A stretch of 64,000 nucleotides of DNA from Octopus sinensis (GCF_006345805.1 NC_042998.1:133548001-133612000); one strand, 5' to 3'; shown: positions 11,960 through 26,360, counted from the first letter of the stretch. The notes: generated by a model not told the origin, from the sequence alone. Numbers and translations: made by a program.

Positions 11960-12362
11960 TCGGCGAGCTGGCAGAAACGTTAGCACGCCGGGCGAAATGC
12001 GTAGCTGTATTTCGTCTGCCGTTATGTTCTGAGTTCAAATTCCGCCGAGGTCGACTTTGCCTTCCATCCTTTCGGGGTCGATAAATTAAGTACCAGTTAC
12101 GCACTAAGGTCGATGTAACCGGCTTAATCCGTTTGTCTGTCCTTGTTTGTCCTCACTGTGTTCAGCTCCTTGTGGATAGTAAAGAAATAGAAATATATAT
12201 TTTTGTCTGCCGCTACGTTCTGCGTTCAAATTCCGCCGAAGTCGACTTTGCCTTTCATCCTTTCGGGGTCGATAAATTAAGTACCATTTGCGTACTGGCG
12301 TCGATGTAATCGACTTAATCCCCTCCTCCAAGCTGCCCCTGCGGCAAAAATTTGAAATCATT
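11960..12362 (+). mobile_element. Dimeric tRNA-derived SINE (Meta/MESC-like core)
   Basis: Head GGCGAGCTGGCAGAAACGTTAGC, B box GAGTTCAAATTCC, core GCCTT(C/T)CATCCTTTCGGGGTCGATAAATTAAGTACCA. A second module lacking the A box starts at ~12197. Superfamily assignment is from memory. Confidence 0.85.
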
Positions 12363-12772
12363 AAGGCGGCGAATTGGCAGAAACGTTAGCACGCCGGACG
12401 AAATGCTTAGTGTTATTTTGTCGACTTTTCCTTACAATCGTTCGAGGTCGATAAATTAAGTAGCAGTTGCGTACTGGGGTTGATCTAATTGACTGTCACT
12501 CAAAATTTCGGGACTTGAGCCTAGAGTAGAAAAGATTATTAGAATAACTAAAAGTTGGTGAGCTGGCAGAATCGTTACAGCATTGAAAAAATGCATTACG
12601 ACATTTTCCTCGTATTTTAACATGCTGAGTTCAAATCCCGCGGCTGTCAACTTTACCTTTCATCCCTATGTGTTAAGTAAACTAAAGTACCAGTCATCTA
12701 CTGGTCGATGGTATCAACAATCCCAGCCCCTCAACATTACTCGTTCTGTGCCAAAATTAGAAATTCTTATTT
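12363..12772 (+). mobile_element. Two further head-to-tail SINE monomers of the same family
   Basis: Heads at ~12363 and ~12555; each ends in a ...TAGAA...TTATT tail. Confidence 0.8.
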
Positions 12773-12817
12773 CAATAATAAAACCACGATCTATTACATA
12801 CCACTCTCTCTCACCAT

Positions 12818-12877
12818 ATATATATATATATATATATATGTATGCATATATATATGTATACATACGACCATCTCTTA

Positions 12878-12926
<49 letters not shown>

Positions 12927-12939
12927 CATATATACATAC

Positions 12940-13000
<61 letters not shown>
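12818..13000. repeat. (TA)n-rich compound microsatellite
   Basis: Directly visible. Confidence 0.95.
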
Positions 13001-13005
<5 letters not shown>

Positions 13006-13929
13006 TTTGCGGTGTGTTATGCTCAGCTAATTATATATTTCCGAAACATGAAAGAAGCTAGTTTGAAAATATAAGGTTTTGGGGAAAGAGAAAAATACCA
13101 AAGGGAAATAGAGGAGAGGGATAGGTAGAGACAAGCGCATGAAAATGATACGAAATGAGAGGAGCTGAAGCAGTAGAGAAGACAATGCGGAATAAAAGGG
13201 GGAGAAAAGTGCAAAATTTTCTCTCTTAATTTCTATTTTGTTTTTCTTTTTATCATGTGTACAACTGAACTCATAGGTTCATAGGTTCAGCCCATAAAAC
13301 AGGGTAATAAATAGACGGGAAAATAAAACAAAAAACTCAATCTGAAAATACGCTGCTGCAAACGTAGTTTAAATTTCAATAACGCAAAAAGATCAATCTT
13401 TATTATCTTCTGTAATAACGCGAGAAAAACAAGTCCCCTTTAAAAAAAACACTTCGCCCACAGCGCTTGGCTGAATACAATTAACCGAATTTATAAATGC
13501 TCAAATCGCATTTCGCCGAAAAGAATATTAATCAAAAATTTTTGGCTTATTTTCATTATATTTTTTAAATCTTATATTGAAGCCAGTGATTTCTTCATAC
13601 TTTTCACCGCTGTCAAACTGTTTCGTTGTTATTGAAATGCGTGAGCCGACTATCATAACCAGTTTTGTTTGCTTTTTACATTCTTTTAGTTTATACGAAC
13701 TTTAAATTTCTATATAATTTTTGCACAGTTTTGTGGCGCATTTTCACTTAGAATGAAAGAGAAAGACACACATACACAAAAAAAAAAAAAAAAAAAGGAA
13801 TTGACCCTCGTTGAATTTTGAATTCAGAGCATAAATTAACAAAAGCGAAAGCCTTGTAAAGCATTTAATGAGAAGCTTTGCTGTTTCAGTTATACTGTTA
13901 AAGTTCTACTAACACTGAAAGTAATTCTT

Positions 13930-14809
<880 letters not shown>

Positions 14810-14827
14810 AATAATAATAATAATAAT

Positions 14828-14907
<80 letters not shown>

Positions 14908-15152
14908 GACACCGGGGACGTTTAAGGGGAAGACACCGGGGACGTTTAAGATGTAAGAAGGAAAATACAGAGCTCCGAAATCTATCCACAAACATCGAAA
15001 ACAAGGACACCCTATAGAGCCAAAGATTTACTAACAAAGAATTGGACTATATCCGAGTAAGTAATACGAATTGAAATTTATTACTATTTTCGAAACGAAA
15101 TGATGTATTTTGACTCGATATTATCTCCACCTCTAACACAACACATGTAAAC

Positions 15153-16013
15153 ATGCGTGGAACAACACGATCATCCCCGACCTCAAACATCATGTACAAA
15201 GGAACTACGAAGAAATTAAATGCCACCGATACTATTCAACCCAAGAATAACAATCGAGCGGTACGTACATTAAACCTACAACAAAAAATGTACGAAAAAC
15301 TACACGTGCGAAATAATGTGACAACAGAAATAAACGGACCGGTACCCTACGAAAATGACGACCGTCAAAATAATGGGCCGGACGTTGTACCTCATGTCCC
15401 GCAATTAAAACCCAAAAGACGTAAATGGACACGTGAGGAATACATTTCTATCTTACACGCATACTTCACAGCAATGCTCTACCCACAAAATGAAAATACA
15501 ACAACACATACATATAAAATATGGAAGGAAAATAATAGAGATATAGACTTGGATACAGCAATGAACCCTAATAAATTAGCTAGCGTACGAAGATACATTC
15601 TCAAAGCCAAAAAAATATCAGAAATAGAAATAGAACATTTAAAAGAAAAAATACACCAGGAAAATGTAGATAGAAGCCACACAACAATGCCCAATAATAT
15701 AAACACTGAAACTGTAAAACACGAAGACAAACGCAACATTCCCAACAAACACGATGTAAACAACGAAGGGGAGCCTAATGATTATGATAATATAAAAAAT
15801 AAAATAATCAAAGAACTAAAAACCACAGAGCTCAAAATGGACCACCGACCATACCTCCCAAGAATAAAAATAAATGCAATAACAACACCAATTATAAACA
15901 ACATAAACCTAGCCGTCACTGAACTAGCCACTGAAACAAAAAAAAGTGATATCACTGAACTAAATGACTTGATATACGCAGCAGCCACTGCAGCCACAAA
16001 AGAAGCTGGATAA
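15153..16013 (+). pseudogene. Dong ORF, N-terminal segment
   Basis: 286-aa ORF with KRRKWTREEYISILHAY; ends at a premature TAA and homology continues downstream. Confidence 0.8.
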
Positions 16014-16170
16014 TCACCCAAACCCGCCCAAACAGGAGTACCACCACCCAAACAAATCCTGTGGATAAATAACATCCAAAACAAAATTTTAAAAAATTAG
16101 AAAAGACCTGTCGATTCTTAATGAAATCAGCAAGCAAGCAACGCTACTGAGCAACAAAAAGAGAACAAAA

Positions 16171-17523
16171 ATGCTCCGCAAATATAACATCACAGAAAAA
16201 GATTTGCCGGAGATAAAAGAAAAGCTGAAGCAAGATATCCTTGCCAAAGCTCAAAGGATCCGCCCGTACGAGAAACGCCAACGCTTCTTTGAACAGAACA
16301 AAAAGTTCAACTCCGACCCCAAAAAGTTCTACCAAGAACTGGGCAAAAATAAAATAGAAGTCACTGCAGCACCAACGGCAGAAGAATTGGAAGAATTCTG
16401 GAAAGAAATATGGTCGGCGAACGAACAGCCAAAAAAAAGGAGTATGAAAATAACAAACTCGGCATCTGAACAACTTTGGACCCCCATAACAACTGAAGAG
16501 GTCACCCAGGCACTGCAAAAACTAAGCAACTGGAAGGCACCTGGGCATGACAAGATCCCCAACTTCTGGTTGAAATATCTAACAGGAATTCACAAAAAGC
16601 TGGCTGAAAACTTTAACATACTAGCAGAGCCAGAGACAATGCCTGAATGGCTCACGAAGGGGAAAACCATCTTAATTCCCAAATCAAATGAAACAACAAA
16701 ACCAGAAAACTACAGACCAATAACCTGCCTCCCTACTATGTTCAAGGCATTTACTGCAGTGATATCGCAAAGGCTGAACAAGCACCTGGACGAAAACAAA
16801 CTGTTCCCAGAAGAGCAGAAAGGATGCCGCAAGGGCTCATATGGCTGTAAAGATCAACTAATGATTAATAAAGCCGTAACTGAAGACAGCCACAGAAAGA
16901 AGAAAGGCCTCAGTATGGCCTGGATTGACTACAAAAAGGCGTTTGATAGCATCCCCCACACATGGATCCTCGAAACACTAGCCATTAACAAAGTAGCACC
17001 AACAATCATAAAATTCATAGAGCACTCTATGAATAAATGGCAAACAGTCCTACACCTCCAAACAAAAGAGGGACTCATGAAAACCAAAGACATCCCCATT
17101 AGAAGAGGAATATTCCAGGGAGACACGCTCTCTCCACTCCTTTTCTGCTTGGCACTGTCACCTCTATCTGATATGCTAAATAGAACTGGATGCGGATATA
17201 AATGTGACGGCAAAACGATCAGCCACCTTTTATATATGGATGACCTAAAACTATACACTGCAAATGACAAACAGCTGGAAACACTATTAAAGACAGTTCA
17301 TGGATTTACCAAAGAAATAGATATGAAATTTGGATTAGAAAAATGCGCCAAAGTAACCATGAAAAGAGGAAAACTAGTTAAGAGTAACAACATCACACTA
17401 GATAAAACCAATGAAATAAAAGAATTAGACCAAAGCCAAACTTACAAATATTTAGGAATCCATGAACTAGATAAGACACAACACACACAAATGAAAGAGA
17501 AAATAAAAAAAGGAATATTATAG
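16171..17523 (+). pseudogene. Dong ORF, reverse transcriptase segment
   Basis: KAPGHDKIPNFWLK, YRPITCL, WIDYKKAFDS, QGDTLSP, LLYMDDLKLY, YKYLGI; a frameshift at ~17515 ends the ORF. Confidence 0.95.
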
Positions 17524-17692
17524 ACGGGTTAGATCAATACTAAAAACAGAGCTCAATGCTAAAAACAAGATAATAGGTATCAACACTTTAGCTGTCCCAG
17601 TTATAAGTTACAGCTACAATATCCTTAACTGGACACGAAATGAACTGCCCAAAATAGATAGGAAAACAAGAAAAATACTGACAGGATTTAGG

Positions 17693-18790
17693 ATGCATCA
17701 CCCAAAATCTGACATAGAAAGACTATATATACAACGTATAGAAGGTTGTAGAGGCCTTATACAGCTGGAAAACTACTATAAAATAACCACCATAGGACTG
17801 CAAAAATACCTACTTCAGAAGGAAGGAAAACTGATCCAGATAGCAGCAAAACACGAGCAAAACAAAAAACTGTTCTCAGTATTTAAGGAAGCTGACAAAT
17901 ACAAACAAGAAATCATACCACCTAATAAACACAAAGAAGAAGAAGAAGATGATGAAGAAACAACAAAAGCTATAAAACAAATGAAATCCAAACTAAAAAT
18001 AGAACAGCAACGAGCCATGATAAAACGATGGCAAGAAAAACCCCTTCATGGTAAATACTGCACTAAAAAACGCAAAAGAAATAGACAAAGAAAAATCCCA
18101 GCAATGGTTGAGAAGCTCAGGACTCAAAGCAGAAACAGAGGGATTTTTAATTGCAGCACAAGACCAAAGCCTCCCCACCAGAAATTACCAAAAGCATGTA
18201 ATGAAAAGAAATATTACAAGTAACTGCAGAATATGTGGAGATGGACAAGAAACAATAAATCATATTATCTGTAGCTACCCAGTCCTGGCTAAGAAGGAAT
18301 ATATTCACAGACATGACAGAGTTGGAACTTACATACATTGGAAGCTATGCCAACATTATGGAATAACAACAGAAAAAAGATGGTATAGGCACACACCAGA
18401 AAAGGTCACAGAAAACGAGAAAGCAACCATACTCTGGGATATGCCGATACACAAAGATAGAGAAATTAAGGCCAACAGACCAGATATAGTTGTCAGAGAT
18501 CATGAAGAAAAAATGCTTTCTAATTGATGTATCAATACCGGCAGATGACAACGTGTCTCTAAAAGAAATGGAGAAACTCTCAAAATACAAAGACCTGGAA
18601 ATAGAGGTAACTAGAATGTGGAACCTGAAACAGAAACAATTCCTATCATAGTAGGTGCATTAGGCATGATAAAAAAATATTCAGACAAATACATAACAAA
18701 ACACCAGGACTTACAAACACATATAACATACAGAAAATTGCACTACTAGGCACTGCACACATCCTACGCAGAACACTTTCCATACAATAA
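17693..18790 (+). pseudogene. Dong ORF, thumb/zinc-knuckle/RLE segment (frameshifted)
   Basis: HPKSDIERLY..GCRGL; WQEKPLHG; CRICGDGQETINHIICS; HRHDRV; RPDIVV; KYKDLEIE; ALLGTAHILRR. Confidence 0.9.
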
Positions 18791-18884
18791 CCATCAGAGC
18801 ATCACAACAAATCACAGCACATACCCAAGGCACACAGAGCTGCGCTCGGTAGTGAAGTGAAAGCACGCTATAAAAAATAAACTA

Positions 18885-18887
<3 letters not shown>

Positions 18888-18964
<77 letters not shown>

Positions 18965-19031
18965 CCTTTCTACTAAAGGCACAAGGCCTGAAATTTGTGG
19001 GGAGGGACTAGTCAAGCTCGGTGCCCTTTTC

Positions 19032-19114
<83 letters not shown>

Positions 19115-19140
19115 AATAATAATAATAATAATAATAATAA
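18888..19140. repeat. (TAA)n/(TGA)n tracts with a SINE 3' fragment at 18964-19020
   Basis: TCCTTTCTACTAAAGGCACAAGGCCTGAAATTT is the reverse-complement SINE tail also seen at 14604. Confidence 0.85.
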
Positions 19141-19579
19141 TGCTTTATATTTTGGTACAAGGGAAGCGATTTTTGAGGGGAAGAGTAAGTTCATTGCATT
19201 AACTCCAGTACTAGTTTTATATTATATTATTAACAAGTTTTATATTTATATTATATCGAACTCGGAGGGATAAAAGGCAAAAGACAAATTCGGCGGAATT
19301 TGAAATAAAAAATGGTGTAACGAATACCACAAGCTATCTTTCTACGGCGCTCCAACTTCCAAACCAGACAAAAAGTTAAAAGATTGCTGGAGGGGCCATA
19401 GTCGATTAAATGCATCTTTTTTTCGCATACAGCGGACATAATACGGCATATACAATGACAATGGACACTCGTTGATAACTAAGTGCAATGCTTACGGACT
19501 GTACAGTTTTATTGTTATATTTTCACTTTTAACACGCATTTGCTCACTTTGTGTTCTCTCCCTTTCTCTCTGCCTCTCA

Positions 19580-19613
<34 letters not shown>

Positions 19614-19673
19614 TGTATATATATGTGTGTGTGTATACATGTGTATATATGTGTTGTATATATATTATATTAT

Positions 19674-19715
<42 letters not shown>

Positions 19716-19717
19716 AT

Positions 19718-19906
19718 CCCTGCACGCATTTTTTTCTCTCCTTGTTTCTTTCCGTGTTTCTTTTCTGTGTATCTTTCTGTTGAAGGGCGTAGGCTCGAAA
19801 CGTAAAAGACTTGTTTTATTTATATTCCTGAGCGCCATACTAATACAATTGTCTGTTTGTATTCCACCTGCCTTCGTCTTTTGTTTATTTTCATAAAGCT
19901 TCCCGT
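19718..19906 (+). mobile_element. Solo Penelope-like pLTR-type element between (TA)n tracts
   Basis: Contains a hammerhead motif followed by a ~100-nt tail ending at (TA)n. Confidence 0.6.
19772..19809 (+). ncRNA. Minimal type I hammerhead ribozyme motif (A6U in this copy)
   Basis: UCUUU-CUGUUGA-A-GGGC guag GCUC-GAAAC-GUA-AAAGA: 5-bp stem I, 4-bp stem II, palindromic ACGU stem III. Confidence 0.65.
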
Positions 19907-19940
<34 letters not shown>

Positions 19941-20469
19941 GATAGATACACACACATATATATAGACACACATGTGTGTGCATTCATACACACCACACAC
20001 ACACACACACACACGCATATATATATATATATTACATATATAATTTATATACAGATATATATATATACATATGTGTGTGTGTACGTATGAATGAATTTAT
20101 ACACAGATACACATACATAGACACACATATATGTATATTTGTATATATATGTTGTGTGTGTAACTGCATGTATGTATAGTCTTTTCATATCGTAATTTGG
20201 AGAAAAAGTGTTTTTGCGATGTTAATCTTTAATGTTTTATATTGAAGTTGCGTTTTCAGAAAATAATAACATCTACAACAACAAGAATCATGTTCATGAT
20301 AACGATGATGATTATGATGATGATTATATTTTTATCATTAGCATTTTTATCACCATCATTATCGTCATCATCATCATGACTGTAATCATCTCTGACCTTT
20401 TGTTTTCAAAAAAAAAGCTATTTTGTAGAGATGATGATGCATGGTTATAGGCCTTTTCCATTTTTATTG

Positions 20470-20725
20470 ATAAAATATTCCACAGACCATCTGCACTATT
20501 CTTTCAACTTAAAACATTGGAAGTGTTGACAGTCAGTTCTTCGATTTTCTGCTTTGAATCACGCTTCGCTGCTGTTATCGCTCCTATAATTACAGGGAAT
20601 GCTCTTGTCTCCATATACCACATCTTCAATATTAATATTTCCAGGTTTTCACATTTATTTGAAGAGTTTTTCAATTTCCTTTACTGAGTTGTTGAACGAG
20701 CCACATCAATAACTGTACTTATCAA
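20470..20725 (-). pseudogene. R4/Dong-clade RLE C-terminal fragment
   Basis: VIDVARS...KEIEKL...LEILILKMWYMETRAFPVIIGA aligns with the Dong C-terminus at 18520-18700. Confidence 0.65.
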
Positions 20726-20877
20726 TAAGTATACAAATCTTGATATCATGTGTATTATAACAATATCAGCGCAGTCAACTCTTCTCTGCTTGTCTGTATA
20801 TATTTGTATTTCCTACAGAAGTATACCATTGCGCGCTGCTAGAAATAAAAAAAAGATTCCGAAAAGAAAATTTAGCT

Positions 20878-21700
20878 GGGATGGAATTGGAAATTTTAAT
20901 TCAGATGAAACCGGAACCAATAGACAAAATACCTAACCTAATAGAGATCCCGAGAGGGCTGCAACAGCAGGTAGTAGCTGAAGATAGAAGACCAAGATGT
21001 TACAATTGTGGAAACACTAATCAGCTGAAGCTATCTGTCCCGAAAGACAGCAGAAAATGGCAGTCGAGGAAGACCACCATTGCTTCCAGCATCACAAATC
21101 CAACATCACTAAAAGCAGCAGCAGTCATAACCCAAGCAACCATAGCAACTACAACAACAGAATGCCATGACAGCAACAGTAACTGCAACACTCGCTATAA
21201 GACTGGGAAAAGTACCGATAGCAACAACAACAAGAGTGGAAACGGCAGCAACAAAAAACGTAACACCATCCACAAGTTCCACTACATCATCAACAACAGC
21301 AACTGAAAGATCCAAGACAAAAAGACAATGACCATCAAGACATGCCTCTCCTCGATTGGGCTCACTCAGGCATGTTGTGCAGCAAAGGGGATGGTGAGAA
21401 ACCTAAATGGGAAAACGGTACCAATACGAAACAAGAAACAAAACACACCAACAGAAAAACTAACAGATGCAAACAAATAGAGGAGAAACCTTTGAGCAAC
21501 AACGCACGAAACACATCAGTAATAACAGCTGCAACAAATTTATCAACACCATCATCCTCATTGCCACCATTATCAGAAACAGAACGTTTAAAAATACAAC
21601 CTAATTCACAAATACAACAGCCAGATTACATATACCAACACGAACTAAGAGTGACATTATTAACAGCACGACTATAAGGACAAGCAGTAAAAACTAATGA
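20878..21700 (+). pseudogene. Decayed ORF1 (gag-like zinc knuckle) of an L1/Tx1-type LINE
   Basis: DKIPNLIEIP...EDRRPRCYNCG, followed by a low-complexity T/N/K-rich stretch; lies upstream of an APE domain. Confidence 0.55.
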
Positions 21701-21899
21701 CCAGTACACCAACATATAAGCATAACACAATAACGATATCACATTAACTGCTAGCATTCCAGTATAGATAAAAATTATCCAGATATCGCAACACATATAA
21801 TATCTTAAAGGTATAAATACCCTCAAAGGTGGAAAAACGTCAGAGAAACCATTTACAAAAGTTATAGGAATAAGGTAAACGATCCTTTCTCACTTTCGT

Positions 21900-22800
21900 T
21901 TTGTCCCACATGGCATTGCTTAGAATAGACAGTGTAAATGCATGTAGCTTGAGGTCACCCTCGAAGTAGGGCTACCTACTCAATGATCTCAAACCACTAG
22001 ATAGAGATGTAATGGCCACCAGTGAGACCGCAGTTTCCGATCTTCGAGCTTTTATGCCCACTTTCTGCTTTTCTCCACGTCGACCGAAATTGTTTAGGAA
22101 GGATGTAAATCTCTTGATATGGACCATCTACTTGGATTCAGAAGGTAGGTTAGTGGTTATCGATTTGAACTGTAGGGAAGTGGATGTTTATACTTTGATA
22201 AGGGTGGTACAGATTTTCCCAGTTGGATGGAGGTTTTCTTGAGAATGCCATGTAGTTTACTGTATGTAGACGACCGAAACGCCATCTTGGATGCGCATTT
22301 CTATTGTGTGGGACCAAATGATAGAAGAATGGCACAAACTGCGCGTAAACCTATCAAACTCTTTTGCAGCCTAACAACTACCAACCAGATATCATGGAAA
22401 TGCCAAGTTATCCGGATCGTATCTAAATAATCGATTCTGTGAGCCAGCAGATAAAGATAGCATAGATTGTCGGCTTCAGAGACCATAGGTTTTTGATCAG
22501 TACGATCGACCTAGCTAGCTAAGCTTCGTAGGCAAATACTTGATCACTGGGAGCTAAATGCTTCGCAACGACCCTAGGCAAATAGGTACTGCTTTTTGGT
22601 ATCACCTTTATCGACTGTTCGGAAAGAGTGGTGTATCAGACTACAGAATGGATCTCCGTGCCAACCACGATGGCCTGCCATAATTCTCGTAAAAAAGGCA
22701 GAAATTTGCAGAAGCCCATAACATCTGCGGAAATGCGGAAAGCAATGGCTGTTTGAAGTGCAAATCGCTTGGTGTAGATCATCTGCCCACTAAGTTAGTT
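21900..22800 (+). pseudogene. Decayed L1/Tx1 ORF2 (AP endonuclease to pre-RT)
   Basis: LRIDSVNACSLRSPSK*GYLLNDL, ATSET, YLDSEGRLVVID, D.NAILD, later PITSAEMRKAM...GVDHLP. Confidence 0.75.
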
Positions 22801-24371
22801 GACCGTTGAATCATTGTCACGTTGGTGATATAATATGAACAGATGACGAACATTGAAGGGAGATTTGTAGATTTAATGTAGCTTCCTATGGACAGCCAAC
22901 TCGTTATGACAACTCCATCTCAGAAAACCACCAAGTTCTCCCGAGATTATATCCTTCTAGTGCGGAGACGAGGTCACTCACATAGGTACTTCTGAGTTCA
23001 AATCACACCGTGGCCGACGTTGCCTTTCATACTCCCAAGATATGCATTGGTTCATGTCCACATCTCAAAATTTTAGATTTATGTTAAATGAAGAAATCAT
23101 TAACTGAAATCATGTTATAACAATCAAATAGAAACGATGGGAGTACACTGAGCTCAATAAATTGCTCTTTTTAGTTGTATATCTGTACGTTCCAAGTAAC
23201 AAGTCTATACATCCAGATCTAGTTACGGTTAACTTAGCATTCAATCCTTCTGTGATTGACGAAAGAAATACCAGTTATTACTAGAATCTATTTGAAAATT
23301 TGTAACCTTATACCTAACCAAGGGATTATTAAGTAGTATGCTGGACAAATTGTCTTATATCAATTTAGTTTTGTCTGCCAACATTCTAAGATCAAACCCC
23401 ACCAACTTCACCTATTTTGCCCAAGTAATAAATGACATTGTTCTTTAGCTTAATATCGAAGGTTGCACTGAATAACATTAGAGACAAAGCAATTTGTAAC
23501 GGGGAGAATTAGAAAGAATAGGAAGATGAAGAGAGAGGGTGTGTGAAGAAAGAATAGGGGGAGAGAGAGAGTGAGAGAGAGCAAAGAAAAAATGGGGTGA
23601 TGAAAGTCGAAGGAACAGAAAAGAAGATAGATGCTTTGGGAGCAGTTGTGAGAAGAAAAGGATGGGGAACAATGATGGGAAGCAAATAAGAAACAAAATA
23701 GGGTGTAAAAAGGTATATATAAAGAAAACAAAAGAAGAGAAACAGAAGTGGGAGGAGAGACAAGTGGGACAGCGTGATGCGAAATAAATAAACAAAAAGA
23801 AATGAAATAGGGGCCTCAACAACAGTAACATCAATAGCGATAACAACAACAATCAAAGTGCCCACAAGATGATAACGAAAACCGGAACAAAAGGGAGATG
23901 GCAATTACGCGTAACAATAACTGTCATATACAACAACAACTACAATAACTACAAACAAGCATTTTTGACAATAATTACAATAATGATTGTTGTGACAACA
24001 ATGACTAAGAGAACGAAAATACCAACGATAATAATGGTAATAATAATCATAATTACTTAATGAAAATAAGAATAACAATAGTAAACCTGTTATTGTTATT
24101 TATGTTGTTATAGTGACTTGAAGGTGGTGGTGATGGTGGTGGCAGTAGTGGTGGGGTTGGCAGAAAACTGAGATAAGAGAAAAATGTGTTAGTCTTGTTT
24201 TGTATTATTTTATTGGTTTCGCCTTCAACAGTTTAGTATATTGTTTAACTCTTCAACTCGTCGCAATATTTATTTCAATCTGGTACATATTTTATCCCCT
24301 CCATTTATCGAAGCTAATAAGCATTGTATATGTATACACATACGTATACATACACACACACATACATATTC

Positions 24372-24461
<90 letters not shown>

Positions 24462-24474
24462 CATATTCATATTC

Positions 24475-24510
<36 letters not shown>

Positions 24511-24530
24511 GCGTTTATATATTTGTTTTG

Positions 24531-24745
24531 CAAGATTTTTTATGTGAATCGTGTGTTGAAACAGATATTGTTGTATTTAGGAATGGTCATTTTGCCAGTT
24601 TAGCCAATAAAAACACACGCACTATATTTGATGTTACTTTGCTTCAGCGTTATTTATTTTTTACATTAATCTTAATCTTATTTCGGCCAGAGTTCTTTCG
24701 TCACACTCCTGTGACCTCATCAGTGGTCCTTTGCTTTCTTCTTTC
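24531..24745 (-). mobile_element. Solo Penelope-like pLTR-type element abutting (TA)n
   Basis: Hammerhead motif plus a tail that recurs twice beside the GIY-YIG ORF at 50332-50510. Confidence 0.65.
24685..24729 (-). ncRNA. Minimal type I hammerhead ribozyme motif
   Basis: Minus strand GG(A)CCA-CUGAUGA-G-GUCAC aggagu GUGAC-GAAAG aa CUC-UGGCC; intact core, extra G before stem II. Confidence 0.65.
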
Positions 24746-25319
24746 TTATTTGTGTGTCTCCCCTTACTGACGTTCAGCCATTTTGTATTCCTATTGTATG
24801 TGTCTTCATTTGCGCATGCGTATACCTCTATGTGTGTCTATGTTTAGTTAGTGTGTGTGGTAGGGAAGTGCCTGTAATATTTGTATCTCCTGTTTATATA
24901 CGTTCGTGTAATTTTTTTGGTTTTTGTTTATTTTTATTTTGTTCATGTGTTTACACCTACATATTATTATTATTTTTTAAAATTTTATTATTATTTTTAT
25001 TTTTAATGTATGTAGTTATTTACTTCCATTTGTTTATTTATCTGTGTATTTTATCATGTCTTTAGTTTTGTTTATATTGGTACCAGTTTATGGGGAACTT
25101 CTTCTGTCATATGCTGTGGTGTGTGCTACTGTTCCATTCCAGTTTCCTATTCAAGCTAGGTTTATCTTCTATTATGTAAACACATGAACAAAATGCATAA
25201 ACTAAGAATATGCAAAAGAAACTAATAAATTATAGTAACTAAGGAATTTATTTTCAATCATAAATATTTAGGGTGAAAAAAAATATTCGTACAGAACATA
25301 AATAATTGATAATTCTGAT

Positions 25320-26323
25320 TTAATACTTGGTAGCATAGCCATTATTCAGTTCCACTTCAACCAATCTCTTCTTGTAGTCCTTAATCAATGACTCGCATGT
25401 CTCTTTTTCCCATTCTTCTTGACAAATTTTCTTCAAATCTGCAATGCACGTTGGGGCTCTTGAATGAATTTTAATTGTCAAATAACGCCACAAATTTTCA
25501 ATGGGGTTCAAGTCAGGTGACTGACTTGGCCATTCTAATAATTTTATATTGTGATCGACAATACTCTTTTCGCCGTGTGCTTAGGGTTGTTATCATGTTG
25601 TAAAACCCACCCTTCACAAAGCTGTAGCTTTTCTACAGAGACCCATAAAATATAGTTCAAAGTATTTTGGTACATATCTGCATTCCTTCTACCATCTATC
25701 ACATGTAAATTGCCAGTACCATTTGCAGAGAAATACCACCACACCATGATGTTACCCCCTCCAAACTTTACGGTAGGAATTGCGTTTTTCGGCGAATAGG
25801 CGGTACCATCTTTCCTCCAAACATGGCTACGCGAATTTCGTCCAAACAATTCAATTTTCGAATTGTCTGTCCATAGAACATTTTCCCAGAATGCATCAGA
25901 TTTATCTTTATGTTCATAAACAAATTTTAAACGGGCATCTCTACGCCTTTTAGTCAACAGCGGAGATTTTCTAGGAGAGCGTGACTTCAGTTCATTCCTA
26001 TGAAGTTCATTACTGATTGTTCGTAGTGTAACACTGGTCCCTGAAGCTAGCAAATCTTCTTGCAACTCCTTTCTTGTGATCATTGCGTTTTTTTCGATTC
26101 TTCGCTTCATTTTTCTTAAAGATCTAGGGGAAATCTTGCGTGGTGCACCAGATCTTATTCTGTTTTCAACAGTTCCCGATTTTTTATATCTTTGAATAAA
26201 TGAAGATATGGTAGAAAATGGAATACAAAGGGTCTCTGATATTTTCCTGTAACTTTTACCTGCTTTCCACTGTTCAATAATTAAGTTTTTCACAGAATTT
26301 GTGAGTTCTTTAATTTTCGCCAT
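25320..26323 (-). pseudogene. Tc1 (DD34E-type) transposase, frameshifted
   Basis: HTH region, SGAPRK, VLWTDNSKIELFG, KFGGGNIMVW, QHDNNPKHT, then in another frame WPSQSPDLNPIENLW...YATKY*. Confidence 0.95.
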
Positions 26324-26360
26324 TATTACGATATTACTTTATGTTGTCTCAGTGCTGAAT

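Larger units (their letters stand above)
14908..18887 (+). mobile_element. Near full-length Dong/R4-clade non-LTR retrotransposon inserted in (TAA)n
   Basis: One disrupted ORF (15153-18790): N-terminal RRKWTREE motif, RT (GIFQGDTLSPLLF, YMDD), CCHC knuckle, RLE (RPDIVV...LIDVS...E...KY). (TAA)n on both sides, the known Dong target. Confidence 0.95.
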
